Assembly: GCA_963810095.1 (NCBI GenBank)
Contig: CAWEMM010000006.1
Span: 928,001-992,000 of the forward strand
From: an uncultured Chloroflexia bacterium
Lineage (GTDB): Bacteria > Chloroflexota > Anaerolineae > CG2-30-64-16
Length of the DNA stretch: 64,000 bases
Direction: 5' to 3'
Both the position numbers and the translations under genes were made by a program. Below the pieces are notes generated by a model. That model searched no databases, was not told the DNA's origin, and saw only the letters and a list, made by a program, of their open reading frames with translations. Positions 1 through 9,448 of the stretch are shown here, piece by piece (the first letter of the stretch is position 1; every line of letters begins with the position of its first letter).

Positions 1-465
1 GAGACGGCCCACGGGCACGACATCGCGATCACGAAAGTCGATATCGACAACCTCATGCGGGCGAAGGCGGCCATCTACGCCGGCTTCTCCGTCATGGCCC
101 AGAGCGTGGGCGTCGACCTGGCAGACGTGTCGCAAATGCTGATCGGCGGCTCGTTCGGCCAGTACATCAACGTCGAAAAGGCCGTCCAAATCGGGCTGCT
201 ACCCGACCTGCCCGCGCCGCCCGGTTCGGCGTCACCCTGGGACCGTTTCAAGTTTCTGGGCAACACGGCGATCCGCGGCGCATACATGGCGCTGCTCAGC
301 CGGGACGTGCGCGCTCGCCTAAGCGAGGTCGCCGGCATGATGACCTACCTGGAGCTTTCGGCCGACAACAGCTTTTATGACGCATTCACATCCGCGCTCT
401 TCCTGCCCCATACCGACATGACGCAGTTTCCAACGGTGGAAATGGCGTTGGCAGAGCGCAACTAG
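1..465 (+). CDS. ASKHA-domain reductive activator of corrinoid proteins (RACo/AcsV family), C-terminal part; 5' truncated by window
   Basis: RAKAAIYAG...IGGSFGQYINVEKAVQIGLLPD...FLGNTA...YLELS...F.SALFLPHTD matches the RACo C-terminus; acs context. Confidence 0.85.
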   Translation, partial: ETAHGHDIAITKVDIDNLMRAKAAIYAGFSVMAQSVGVDLADVSQMLIGGSFGQYINVEKAVQIGLLPDLPAPPGSASPWDRFKFLGNTAIRGAYMALLSRDVRARLSEVAGMMTYLELSADNSFYDAFTSALFLPHTDMTQFPTVEMALAERN

Positions 466-475
466 GAACCGGAGC

Positions 476-548
476 AACCTGGTTTCTCGCCCGCAAGAAA
501 CCGGGGTTCTGTCGTCGGTGGAACTGGCACAAGAAACACCGGTTTCTC
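476..548. repeat. Cluster of three AAACC(N)GGTTTCT-type palindromic units (REP-like)
   Basis: aacctggtttct / agaaaccggggttct / agaaacaccggtttct; related units at 17881, 50881 and 57953. Confidence 0.65.
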
Positions 549-563
549 AAGAGGAGGACACTT

Positions 564-1145
564 ATGGTCACCGTCGTCGAATCCGCTGACCAGCTCATCA
601 ACTACCGGCACCTGATCACCCTGCCAGACGGGTTGCGGGTGCTATTGCGGCCGCTGGTCCCAAAGGATCGGGACGCGCTGGTGGCCCTGTTCGCCAATCT
701 GCCCAACGAGGAAACCGCATCGTTTCGCAACAAGGTAACGCAGCCGGGCCTCGTGGCCAGCTGGGCAGAAAACCCCCAGTACGAAAGAGTTTTCCCGCTC
801 GTCGCGGTCGTCGCGGACCGCATCGTGGGCAACTGCACGCTGCACCTCGGCAGCGGCTATACCCGGCACGTCGCCGAAGTGCGCATCTTTCTCGCGCGCG
901 AGTTTCGGCGGCGGGGCATCGGCTCGGCCATGATCAAGTCTCACCTGGAGATCGCCCGCAAGCTGGGCCTGCACCAGGTTATCGCGGAGATCGTCGAGTC
1001 GCGCCCCCAGGTGATCCACGCTTTCGAGCGGCTCGGCTTCGAGCGCCAGTTTGCATGGAAAGACCTGTTTATGACGCCCGAGGGCGAAACCCTGGACATG
1101 ATCGTATTGGTAGACTACTTAAAGAGACCTGGAGAGACGTTCTAG
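564..1145 (+). CDS. GNAT family N-acetyltransferase (resembles the GNAT domain of Pat/acetate-CoA ligase fusions)
   Basis: TLPDGLRVLLRPL start, FRRRGIGSAM acetyl-CoA motif, RBS aggagg. Confidence 0.8.
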   Translation: MVTVVESADQLINYRHLITLPDGLRVLLRPLVPKDRDALVALFANLPNEETASFRNKVTQPGLVASWAENPQYERVFPLVAVVADRIVGNCTLHLGSGYTRHVAEVRIFLAREFRRRGIGSAMIKSHLEIARKLGLHQVIAEIVESRPQVIHAFERLGFERQFAWKDLFMTPEGETLDMIVLVDYLKRPGETF

Positions 1146-1892
1146 ATGACAGTGACGATTGCGGTCGCCGGCAAGGGCGGCACGGGCAAAACAACATTCT
1201 GCGGGCTGTTGGTCCGCTATCTCGTGGAAAACAAGGGCGGTAAGATCCTGGCGGTCGACGCCGACCCATCTAGCAACCTGCACCTGGTGTTGGACCTGGA
1301 TCTGCACCAGACGATCGGCGATATCCGGGAAGAGGCGCGCGCAGGCGTCACGCCCGGCACTACCCGCCAGGACTGGCTCGGATACGCGGTCCGCATGGCG
1401 GTGGAAGAGGGCGACGACTTTGACCTGCTGGCCATGGGGCGGCCCGAGGGCCAGGGCTGCTACTGCGCAGCTAACCACATCCTGCGCTCCATCATGGACG
1501 GCATCAACGCCGGCTATGATTGGGTGATCATGGACAACGAGGCCGGCATGGAGCACCTGAGCCGGCGGACGACGCGCGACGTCGACTACCTGCTCCTGGT
1601 CAGCGATGCCTCAATGCGCGGCATGGTGGCGGCCGAAGCGATGGTCAGCCTCCAAAAAGAACTGGAAATCAAGGTCAAGAACACCTTCCTGATCGTGAAC
1701 CGGGTGCAGGGCCAGCTGACCCCCGCGCTCAAGGCGAAGGCGGACGGCATGGGCGTGCCACTCCTGGCCGCGCTGCCCTACGACCCGCAGGTGGCCGAGT
1801 ACGACAGCCAGGGGAAAGCCCTGGTGGACCTGCCCGAAGATGCGCTGATGAGCCAGGCGGTGGCCGAGGTGGCGAAGAAGCTGGTCGGATAG
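1146..1892 (+). CDS. cooC: CO dehydrogenase/acetyl-CoA synthase nickel-insertion ATPase (CooC/AcsF)
   Basis: GKGGTGKT deviant Walker A, DADP, GCYC Ni motif, DNEAGMEHLSRRT. Confidence 0.9.
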   Translation: MTVTIAVAGKGGTGKTTFCGLLVRYLVENKGGKILAVDADPSSNLHLVLDLDLHQTIGDIREEARAGVTPGTTRQDWLGYAVRMAVEEGDDFDLLAMGRPEGQGCYCAANHILRSIMDGINAGYDWVIMDNEAGMEHLSRRTTRDVDYLLLVSDASMRGMVAAEAMVSLQKELEIKVKNTFLIVNRVQGQLTPALKAKADGMGVPLLAALPYDPQVAEYDSQGKALVDLPEDALMSQAVAEVAKKLVG

Positions 1893-1912
1893 CCGCCGTC
1901 GCATAGTGTCGC

Positions 1913-1941
1913 TTGACAATACTATCGTTACATGATATTAT
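1913..1941 (+). promoter_or_regulatory. sigma70-type promoter of higBA (probably leaderless)
   Basis: TTGACA(1913)-17 nt-TATTAT(1936) with extended TG; GTG start at 1948 has no RBS. Confidence 0.6.
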
Positions 1942-1947
1942 CCCACC

Positions 1948-2232
1948 GTGATTGAGTCCTTTGGCGACCCGGAAACAGAGAAGATCTTCCGAGGCCTCGC
2001 ATCAAGGAAACTGCCGCTCGAAATGCAGAAGGCAGCGCGACGCAAACTGCTCTATCTGCACGACGCAGAACACTTGCAAGACCTGTTCGCGCCACCGGGC
2101 AATCGACTCGAGGCGCTGAAAGGCGACCGAGCGGGCCAGTACAGCATCCGGGTGAATGATCAGTGGCGCATCTGTTTCCAGTGGGACGACGCCAAGGCGA
2201 AGAATGTAGAGATCGTAGACTATCACGGGTGA
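1948..2232 (+). CDS. higB: HigB/RelE-family toxin
   Basis: MIESF...PPGNRLEALKGDRAGQYSIRVNDQWRICF...VEIVDYH. Confidence 0.92.
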   Translation: MIESFGDPETEKIFRGLASRKLPLEMQKAARRKLLYLHDAEHLQDLFAPPGNRLEALKGDRAGQYSIRVNDQWRICFQWDDAKAKNVEIVDYHG

Positions 2233-2242
2233 GGATAGAGCA

Positions 2243-2551
2243 ATGGAACGATTGCCCCCTGTCCATCCGGGAGAGGTTCTTCTGGAGGACTTCATGAAGC
2301 CGCTCGGACTGACGCAGTACCGTGTGGCAAAGGATATCGGCGTTTCGCAACTGAGGATCAGCCAGATCATCAGGGGTAAGCGAGCGATCACGGCGGATAC
2401 TGCAATGCGGCTGGCGCGCTATTTTGCCACCAGTGCGGAGGTCTGGTTGCGTTTGCAGGCCCGATATGACCTGGAGGTCGCCGAGGCTGCGCTCGGCGAG
2501 CAGATTAACCGAGAAGTCAAGGTGCTTACGCGGGCTGTTGCCCCTTCGTGA
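2243..2551 (+). CDS. higA: HigA antitoxin (HTH XRE)
   Basis: PVHPGEVLLEDF...ITADTAMRLARYF...WLRLQ; directly downstream of higB. Confidence 0.92.
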   Translation: MERLPPVHPGEVLLEDFMKPLGLTQYRVAKDIGVSQLRISQIIRGKRAITADTAMRLARYFATSAEVWLRLQARYDLEVAEAALGEQINREVKVLTRAVAPS

Positions 2552-2557
2552 GGCCAT

Positions 2558-3583
2558 ATGCGCGCGATGATCTTGCCCGCCCTGGCTGCGCTGCAGGACA
2601 ACCCGCGGCCGCTGCGACTGGCTGACCTGCCGATCCCGCAGCCTGGACCGGGCGAGGTGCTGCTGCGGGTATCCGCCTGCGGGGTCTGCCACACGGAGCT
2701 GGACGAGATCGAGGGACGCCTGCCCCCGCCGCGCCTGCCCGTGGTGCCCGGCCATCAAGTCGTGGGGCGGGTCGCCGAGCTGGGCCAGGGCGTGGCGGGC
2801 CTGCGCACTGGAGACCGGGTGGGCGTGGCCTGGATCTACGCGGCGTGCGGGGTGTGCCGGTGGTGCCAGAGCGGGCAGGAGAACCTGTGCCCGGAGTTCC
2901 GGGCCACGGGCCGGGACGCGAACGGCGGCTATGCCGAAGCGATGGTTGCTCCGGCGGCCTTCGTCTATGCGATCCCGGAGCGTTTCACCGACGCGCAGGC
3001 CGCGCCACTCCTGTGTGCAGGGGCCATCGGCTACCGGTCGCTGCGGCTGGCAGGTATTCGTGACGGCGACGCGCTGGGCCTGACCGGTTTCGGGGCCTCG
3101 GCCCACCTGGTGCTCAAGATGGTCCGCCATCGCTTTCCGCACACGCCGGTCTACGTCTTTTCGCGCACCGAGGCCGAGCAGGCGTTCGCTCGCGAGCTGG
3201 GCGCCGCGTGGACGGGCGACACGGCGGAACGCTGCCCCGTGCCGCTCGACGCAATCATCGACACCACGCCGGCCTGGGGTCCAATCGTTCACGGGCTCGA
3301 AAGCCTGTCGCCCGGTGGCCGGCTGGTCATTAACGCTATTCGCAAAGAAGCCCGCGACCAGGATGCTTTGCTGGCTTTGGACTACCCGAAGCAGCTGTGG
3401 CTCGAAAAAGAGATCAAGAGCGTGGCAAATGTGACCCGCTCGGACGTTAGCGAGTTCCTGGCGCTTGCGGCCGAAATCCCGATCCTGCCCGAAGTGCAGG
3501 AATATCCTTTGGAAGAGGCCAACACGGCCCTGGCAGAGCTGAAGGCGCGACGGATTCGCGGCGCAAAGGTGCTGCGTATCTAG
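2558..3583 (+). CDS. Zinc-dependent alcohol dehydrogenase family protein
   Basis: CGVCHT, PGHQVVG, CGVCRWC...ENLC structural Zn site, APLLCAG, GFGAS. Confidence 0.9.
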   Translation: MRAMILPALAALQDNPRPLRLADLPIPQPGPGEVLLRVSACGVCHTELDEIEGRLPPPRLPVVPGHQVVGRVAELGQGVAGLRTGDRVGVAWIYAACGVCRWCQSGQENLCPEFRATGRDANGGYAEAMVAPAAFVYAIPERFTDAQAAPLLCAGAIGYRSLRLAGIRDGDALGLTGFGASAHLVLKMVRHRFPHTPVYVFSRTEAEQAFARELGAAWTGDTAERCPVPLDAIIDTTPAWGPIVHGLESLSPGGRLVINAIRKEARDQDALLALDYPKQLWLEKEIKSVANVTRSDVSEFLALAAEIPILPEVQEYPLEEANTALAELKARRIRGAKVLRI

Positions 3584-3598
3584 CGCGTCAAGGAGGGA

Positions 3599-4387
3599 AT
3601 GATGGTCGAAGACCTGACACGGGCAATCGGCAAGCTGCTTGCAAGCACAGATCCTGAAGAGGTTGCCGCCGGCCTGAGCAAGGCATGGGCGCGGCTCCCG
3701 CGCGCGTCGGCCGAGGAGAAGCGCCAGTACGTCGAGATGGCATCGGCGTTGTTCTACATCGACACGCTGGACCACCCCGAGTACTTGCCCGTGGTCGAAG
3801 ACGCGATCGGCCTGGTCGGAACAATCGGCGAACCCGGCATCCCAATCCTGATGCAGGAACTCGAAGGCGGCGACGTCAAGGCGCAGATGGCCATCGGGCA
3901 GGCCCTGGGACACATGGGCGCCACGGCCATCCCTGCACTGCTCGATCAGTATCACAATCTCTGCCCCGAGACGAGCTGCCGGGCGTTCGTGCTTTACGCG
4001 CTCGGCAAGATCAAATCGCCTCACATTGTCGAAGCACTGTCGACCGCGCTCGAAGCTGCCGGCGCGGAGGACCAGGAAGTGCGTGACAGCGCCACCCGCG
4101 CCCTGGGCAAGTTCGCGGAATCGATCCGCCCGGGCAGCCTGGCGCCGGAAGTTGTGGCCGACATTGTCGAGCGGGTGCGCACCAACCTCGCCGACGGCAG
4201 TCCTGCAATTCGCGCCAAAGCGGTTCGCACGCTGGGCAAGCTCGCGCACTACGGCCACCTTGAACCCGAGCAGTGCCAACAGCTGACCGTGACCCTGCAC
4301 CGCATCCTCGGCGAGGACGAGCATTTCGAGTGGGATCGCGCCTACGTCGTCCGCAAGGAAGCGCGCGAAGCGCTGCAGTACGTCTGA
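3599..4387 (+). CDS. HEAT-repeat protein
   Basis: Repeated VR..A..ALGK helical-repeat pattern; RBS aggagg. Confidence 0.7.
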   Translation: MMVEDLTRAIGKLLASTDPEEVAAGLSKAWARLPRASAEEKRQYVEMASALFYIDTLDHPEYLPVVEDAIGLVGTIGEPGIPILMQELEGGDVKAQMAIGQALGHMGATAIPALLDQYHNLCPETSCRAFVLYALGKIKSPHIVEALSTALEAAGAEDQEVRDSATRALGKFAESIRPGSLAPEVVADIVERVRTNLADGSPAIRAKAVRTLGKLAHYGHLEPEQCQQLTVTLHRILGEDEHFEWDRAYVVRKEAREALQYV

Positions 4388-4454
4388 TGCAAGATCGCCC
4401 GGTCTTCCCCGACCTGGGAGGTCTATCCGGAGCAACACACACAGGAGGAAGTCA

Positions 4455-5426
4455 ATGCGCATAATCGGTGAGAATATCCACATCCTCTCGCCCAAGGTAA
4501 AAGAGGCCGCAGGATTCGCGATTGACGCGTGGACCAAAGAAGGACTGTCGGCCGCGGAGCAGGAAGCGCTGTTGGGTCAAGCCCGGAAATTCTTCCAGGA
4601 GTCCGCTTTGCGCCAGGTTCAAGCCGGCGCATGGGCGGTCGATCTGAACATTGGCCCGCAGAAGAAAAACGGCCACCGGCTCTTGCCCTGGCTGGTCGAG
4701 ATCGTGCAAGAGGTGGTCGACGTGCCGCTGTGCCTCGATACGACCAACCTCGCGGCGATCGAAGCTGCCTGTGAGGTCGTCAAACAGCAGCCCATCATCA
4801 ACTCGACGTCGGCCGAGCCCGCCCGCCTCGAGACTGTGCCCCTGGTTGCCGCGAAGTACAACACGAAGCTCATCGCCCTGACTATGCGGTCCGAGGGCAT
4901 CCCGGTGAGCGCAGACGAGCGCGTGAACATGGCGCTGGAGCAACTCATCCCGCGCTGCGAAGAGGTGGGGCTGCCGATCGAAGACCTCATCATCGATCCG
5001 CTGGTCTTGACCGTGAGCGGCTGCCAGCAGTATGTGCCCGAATGCATCGAGGCCGTGCGCACGCTGCAGGTGACCGGCGCCGGGGTACAGGTGGGCTTGA
5101 GCAACGTCTCTAACGCCGTGCCCAACGAAATGCGCCCCCTGATCAATCGGGTTTACTGCGTGATGCTGATGGGCGCGGGTCTGAACACCATGATTGCCGA
5201 CCCGCTCGACGTGAAGCAGAACGAATTCATCCGCATCGTCGAAGAGCGGGATGACAGCACGGCGTTGGGCCGGCTGCTGCTGGCGCTGTATGACGCGGTA
5301 GCCGCAGGCGAAGAGCTTCAGGCGGACCAGGTCGACTTCAACGATCCTGACCAGGTCGCCATCTGGAAGACCGTGCAGATCCTGCTGAACAAGGTCATTT
5401 ACGCGGATTCCTACCTGCGGGTGTAG
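4455..5426 (+). CDS. acsE: Methyltetrahydrofolate:corrinoid Fe-S protein methyltransferase (pterin-binding fold)
   Basis: IIGENI, DLNIG, PLCLDTTN, IINST, IDPLV, GLSNVSN; acs/met context. Confidence 0.85.
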   Translation: MRIIGENIHILSPKVKEAAGFAIDAWTKEGLSAAEQEALLGQARKFFQESALRQVQAGAWAVDLNIGPQKKNGHRLLPWLVEIVQEVVDVPLCLDTTNLAAIEAACEVVKQQPIINSTSAEPARLETVPLVAAKYNTKLIALTMRSEGIPVSADERVNMALEQLIPRCEEVGLPIEDLIIDPLVLTVSGCQQYVPECIEAVRTLQVTGAGVQVGLSNVSNAVPNEMRPLINRVYCVMLMGAGLNTMIADPLDVKQNEFIRIVEERDDSTALGRLLLALYDAVAAGEELQADQVDFNDPDQVAIWKTVQILLNKVIYADSYLRV

Positions 5427-5440
5427 GCCGCTGTGTCCTT

Positions 5441-5481
5441 TTCGGTTCTGCCGCCGGGCTGCGCCGGGCAGCAGAACCGAA
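5441..5481. terminator. Stem-loop after acsE
   Basis: ttcggttctgc...gcagaaccgaa inverted repeat. Confidence 0.45.
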
Positions 5482-5522
5482 CAATGAGCAACGAGTGCCA
5501 TTAGGCTCAAGGGAGAGAGGTT

Positions 5523-6921
5523 ATGACTACGGTCAAAGAAGCCCGGTCACACGAACCTCCGGACATTGAAGCCCTGCTGCGCAAGGCCCAAAAACCGTCA
5601 GCCGACGCGATGCGGCTGCACTCATTCTACCGCGGCAAAATCGAGATCGTCCCCAAGGGCTGCATCAGGTCGATCGACGACTTCGCCATCTGGTACACGC
5701 CAGGTGTAGCAGCTCCGTGCAAGGCGATTGAGAAGAACCCGGACCTCGTCTACGAATATACGAGCAAGTGGAACACGGTGGCCGTCGTCTCGGACGGCAC
5801 CCGGGTCCTCGGCCTGGGTGACATCGGTCCGAAGGCCGGCCTGCCGGTGATGGAAGGCAAGGCTCTGCTCTTCAAGTGGCTCGGCGGCGTCGACGCCGTG
5901 CCCATCATGCTGGATACGAAGGACCCGGACGAGATCATCCGCACGGTCCTGCTGCTTCAGCCGTCGTTCGGCGGCATCAACCTGGAGGATCTCAGCCAGC
6001 CGAAGTGCTTCCGCATCCTGGATACGCTGCGCGAGCAAGCCGAGATCCCGGTGTGGCACGACGACCAGCAGGGCACCGCCTGCGTCACCGTAGCCGGGCC
6101 TGATCAATGCCCTCAAGATCGTCGGCAAGCCCATGCACGAGGCCAGCGTCGTCTTCATCGGCTCGGGCGCGTCGAACATCGCGATCACCCGCATCTGCTT
6201 CAAGGCGGGCGTAGACCCGGCGAAGTGCCGGGTGGTCGATAGCCAGGGCATCCTGTACGACGGCCGCCGCGACGTCTTCATGCGCCGCGCCGAGTACGTC
6301 GACAAGTGGCGGCTGTGCCAGATCACGAACACCGAGGGGCGCACCGGCGGCATCGCCGAGGCGCTGAAGGGCGCGGACGTCTGCATTGCGCTGAGCAAGC
6401 CCGGTCCCGGCACGGTCCTCCCAGAGTGGATCGAGACCATGGCCCAGGACGCCATCGTCTTTGCCTGCGCCAACCCGGTGCCCGAAATCTGGCCGTGGGA
6501 AGCGCAGGCCGCGGGCGCCGCAATCGTGGCAACGGGCCGCTCCGACTTCCCGAACCAGGTGAACAACTCGCTCGGCTTCCCCGGCATCTTCCGGGGCGCA
6601 CTGGATGTGCGGGCGAAGACCATCACGGACGAGATGTGCCTCGCTGCCGCCCATGCGCTGGCCGAGGCCGCCCCGGACGGCGGCATGGACCCCGACTGCA
6701 TCCTGCCGACAATGGTCGAGTGGGAAGTGTTCGCGAAGGAAGCGGTCGCCGTGGGCATGAAGGCGCAGGAACAGGGGCTGGCTCGGCTGGCCGTCGCCGA
6801 GGCCGACCTGTATCAACATGCGGCAGACATAATCCATCGCTCGCGTCGGCTGACCGAGATGATGATGGAAACGGGGCTAATCCCCGAGCCAGCAGGAGGA
6901 ATGAGGTGCCCCGATGTATGA
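5523..6921 (+). CDS. NAD(P)-dependent malic enzyme (one frameshift near 6095)
   Basis: [39 protein letters not shown], then [23 protein letters not shown] in a second frame. Confidence 0.9.
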
Positions 6922-7821
6922 CCTGATCATTGTCGGAGGCGGGCCAGCGGGCCTGACGGCCGCGGTTTACGCGATTCGCAAGCGCCTGAACTGTCATTCT
7001 GGTCAGCCCTGACCTCGGCGGCAAGGCGAATGCCCGGATGCACATGGAGGGCGTCGACACATTCAACGTTATTAACGGCGCCGACCTCGTGCGGCGGTTC
7101 CGCAACGAGATCGAGTACCTGGACTTCGCCCGCCTTCTCGAGCCGGCGTCCAAGATCGAGAAGAGTGACGGCCGCTTTCTCGTGACGACGAGCAGCGGCA
7201 CGTGCCTGGAGGCCCGTGCCGTCATTCTCGCAACCGGCGCCGACGCCGTGCGGCTCGACGTACCGGGCGCAGACAAGTTCTGGCTCAAGGGCGTCGCCTA
7301 TTCGACCGTCAGCTATGCGCCGTTGTACATCGACAAGACCGTCGCGCTGATCGGCTCGGGCTGGATGGCCATGCGCGGGGCCGCGGAACTGGCCCAGATC
7401 GCCAAGCAGCTGTACCTGGTCGCACCCACGCACGGCGAGCTCGACACCCCCATGGGCCGCCGGGTGGCCGGCGCACCCCACGTCGAGCTGCTCGAGAACT
7501 GGGAGGCGGTGGCCGTCGAGGGCGACGTGTACGCCCGGCGCCTGGTCGTGCGCGCACCCGATGGCTACGAGCGCAGCCTGGACGTCGACGGCATCTTCGT
7601 CGAGCTCGGGCTGAAGCCACACAGCGAGCTGGTGCAGGGCCTGACCGCCGTGGACGAGAGCCGGCCGCGTGCTCGTCAACTGCGGCACGGAGACGACGAC
7701 GCCCGGCCTGTTCGCGGCCGGCGACGTGACCCAGCTGCCCGCCGAGCAGGTGGTCGTCGCGATCGGCGAGGGCGCGAAGGCAGCGCTGGCCGCGTACGAA
7801 TACTTGATAAGAAACACGTAA
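6914..7821 (+). CDS. Thioredoxin-reductase-like flavoprotein lacking CxxC (frameshifts near 6995 and 7660)
   Basis: [17 protein letters not shown] from 6914, ILATGA, GVAYSTVSYAP at the CxxC position, PGLFAAGDVT...AIGEGAKAAL near the end. Confidence 0.75.
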
Positions 7822-7905
7822 CGCACTATACTATTTGATACAGTCACTTGTTTCGAGGCGGCGACTACGCGGCGCCTCAGACATGTGAAAGAAAGGACCT
7901 TCCCC

Positions 7906-8793
7906 ATGCCCGCCCAATTGATCGACGGCAAGATCATCGCTGCTGCCGTCCGCCAGGAAGCCGCTGCATGAGGTGGCCGCGCTCAAAGAGCAGACCGGGA
8001 TGACACCCACGCTCGCGGTGGTGCTCGTAGGCGAAAACCCGGCATCCCAGACCTATGTCGCTTCGAAGGGCAAGGCCTGCATCGAGGCCGGCATGGGCTC
8101 GATCACGCACCGGCTGGACGCCTCCGTCTCGCAGCAGGAAGTCGAAGACCTGGTGCGGGCGCTGAACGCCGACCCGAGCGTGAACGGCATCCTGGTCCAG
8201 CTGCCCCTGCCCCGGGGCATGGACGAAAAGAAGGTGCTGGACCTGATCAGCATCGAGAAGGACGTCGACGGCTTCCACCCGATGAACATCGGCGAGCTGG
8301 TGATGAAAGGCCGGACCCCCAAGTTCGTGCCTTGCACCCCGGCCGGCTGCATCGAGATGCTCAAGCGGTCGGGCATCCCCATCGCCGGGCGCGGATGCGG
8401 TGGTCGTGGGCCGCTCGAACATCGTCGGCGTGCCGGTCGCAGCGCTGCTGCAAAACGCCGACGCGACGGTCACCGTCTGCCACAGCCGGACGAAGGATCT
8501 CGCCCGCCAAGGTGCGCGAGGCCGACATCGTCGTTGCGGCGATCGGCAAGCCCTATTACGTGAAGGGCGACTGGCTGAAGCCGGGCTGCGCGGTGATCGA
8601 CGTCGGCATCAACGCGGTCCCCGATGCGACGAAGAAGAGCGGGCAGCGCCTGGTCGGCGACGTCGCGTTCGACGAAGCGTGCGAGGTGGCTGGATGGATC
8701 ACGCCGGTGCCGGGCGGCGTGGGCCTGATGACCGTTGCCATGCTGTTGAAGAATACCGTGCGCGCCTTCAAGCTGCAGCACAACCTCGAATAG
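7906..8793 (+). CDS. folD: Bifunctional methylene-THF dehydrogenase/cyclohydrolase (several frameshifts)
   Basis: [63 protein letters not shown] across frames. Confidence 0.92.
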
Positions 8794-8804
8794 AACGGCG
8801 TTCT

Positions 8805-8848
8805 TACCACAAAGACACGAGCCCCTACAAACTCTGTGTCTTTGTGGT
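8805..8848. repeat. CCACAAAGACAC...GTGTCTTTGTGG palindromic element (family 2)
   Basis: accacaaagacac / gtgtctttgtggt inverted repeat directly after folD. Confidence 0.6.
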
Positions 8849-8869
8849 TAGCGTCCAGGAGTAGCCAAA

Positions 8870-9448
8870 ATGTCGTTACGAACTTGGATCCAAGATCATC
8901 CCGCACCGCTCGTATGGTCGTGGGAAGCCTCCGCCTTCATGCTGCGGCTGATGCGGCCGGTCTTTGCGAAGATGGGGATGGAAACCTCCTCGAAGATCGT
9001 GAAGGTGCCGGAGGAAATCATCAAGGGTGCGCTGTTTAACTGCCAGGACTGTGCGCAGTGCCAGCTGCACTACACGGGCATGACCTGCCCGATGAACTGC
9101 CCCAAGAACCTGCGCAACGGCCCGTGCGGCGGGGTGCGCCTGAACGGGCACTGTGAAGTCAAGCCGGAGATGGAATGCGTGTGGGTCGCGGGCATCCGTC
9201 GGGCCGCGAAGACCCCATACGAGCACGAGCTGATGCGCCTGAACCCGCCCGTCGACATCCGGCTGAAGGGCCAGGCATCGTGGGTCACCTACTCGCTCGG
9301 CGTCGACAAGATCCCCACCGGCACCGACGTGGAGGTGCGCTACGCAGACGAGGCACTGGAGAAGGGCCGGGCACTGAAGAAGGCGGCCGCGGTCAACAAA
9401 GTCGCTCCGGCGACAAAGGAGGCTTCGGCCCCAAAGGAGGCCGCATGA
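8870..9448 (+). CDS. metV: MetV / methylene-THF reductase small (Cys-rich) subunit
   Basis: CQDCAQC...CPMNCPKNLRNGPCGG...CEV....CVW; overlaps the metF start. Confidence 0.85.
   Translation: MSLRTWIQDHPAPLVWSWEASAFMLRLMRPVFAKMGMETSSKIVKVPEEIIKGALFNCQDCAQCQLHYTGMTCPMNCPKNLRNGPCGGVRLNGHCEVKPEMECVWVAGIRRAAKTPYEHELMRLNPPVDIRLKGQASWVTYSLGVDKIPTGTDVEVRYADEALEKGRALKKAAAVNKVAPATKEASAPKEAA

Noticed and set aside
1928-4537. 869-aa minus-strand ORF and similar long antisense ORFs (27046-29241, 51847-53286)
   Set aside because: Shadows of well-supported opposite-strand genes in GC-rich DNA; no recognisable motifs.
7822-7905. THF or ZTP riboswitch upstream of folD
   Set aside because: Consensus elements were not found by eye; kept only as an unassigned hairpin.
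7968-7972. In-frame TGA early in folD as possible selenocysteine
   Set aside because: Homology continues in a different frame, so this is an indel, and the position is not a catalytic Cys.
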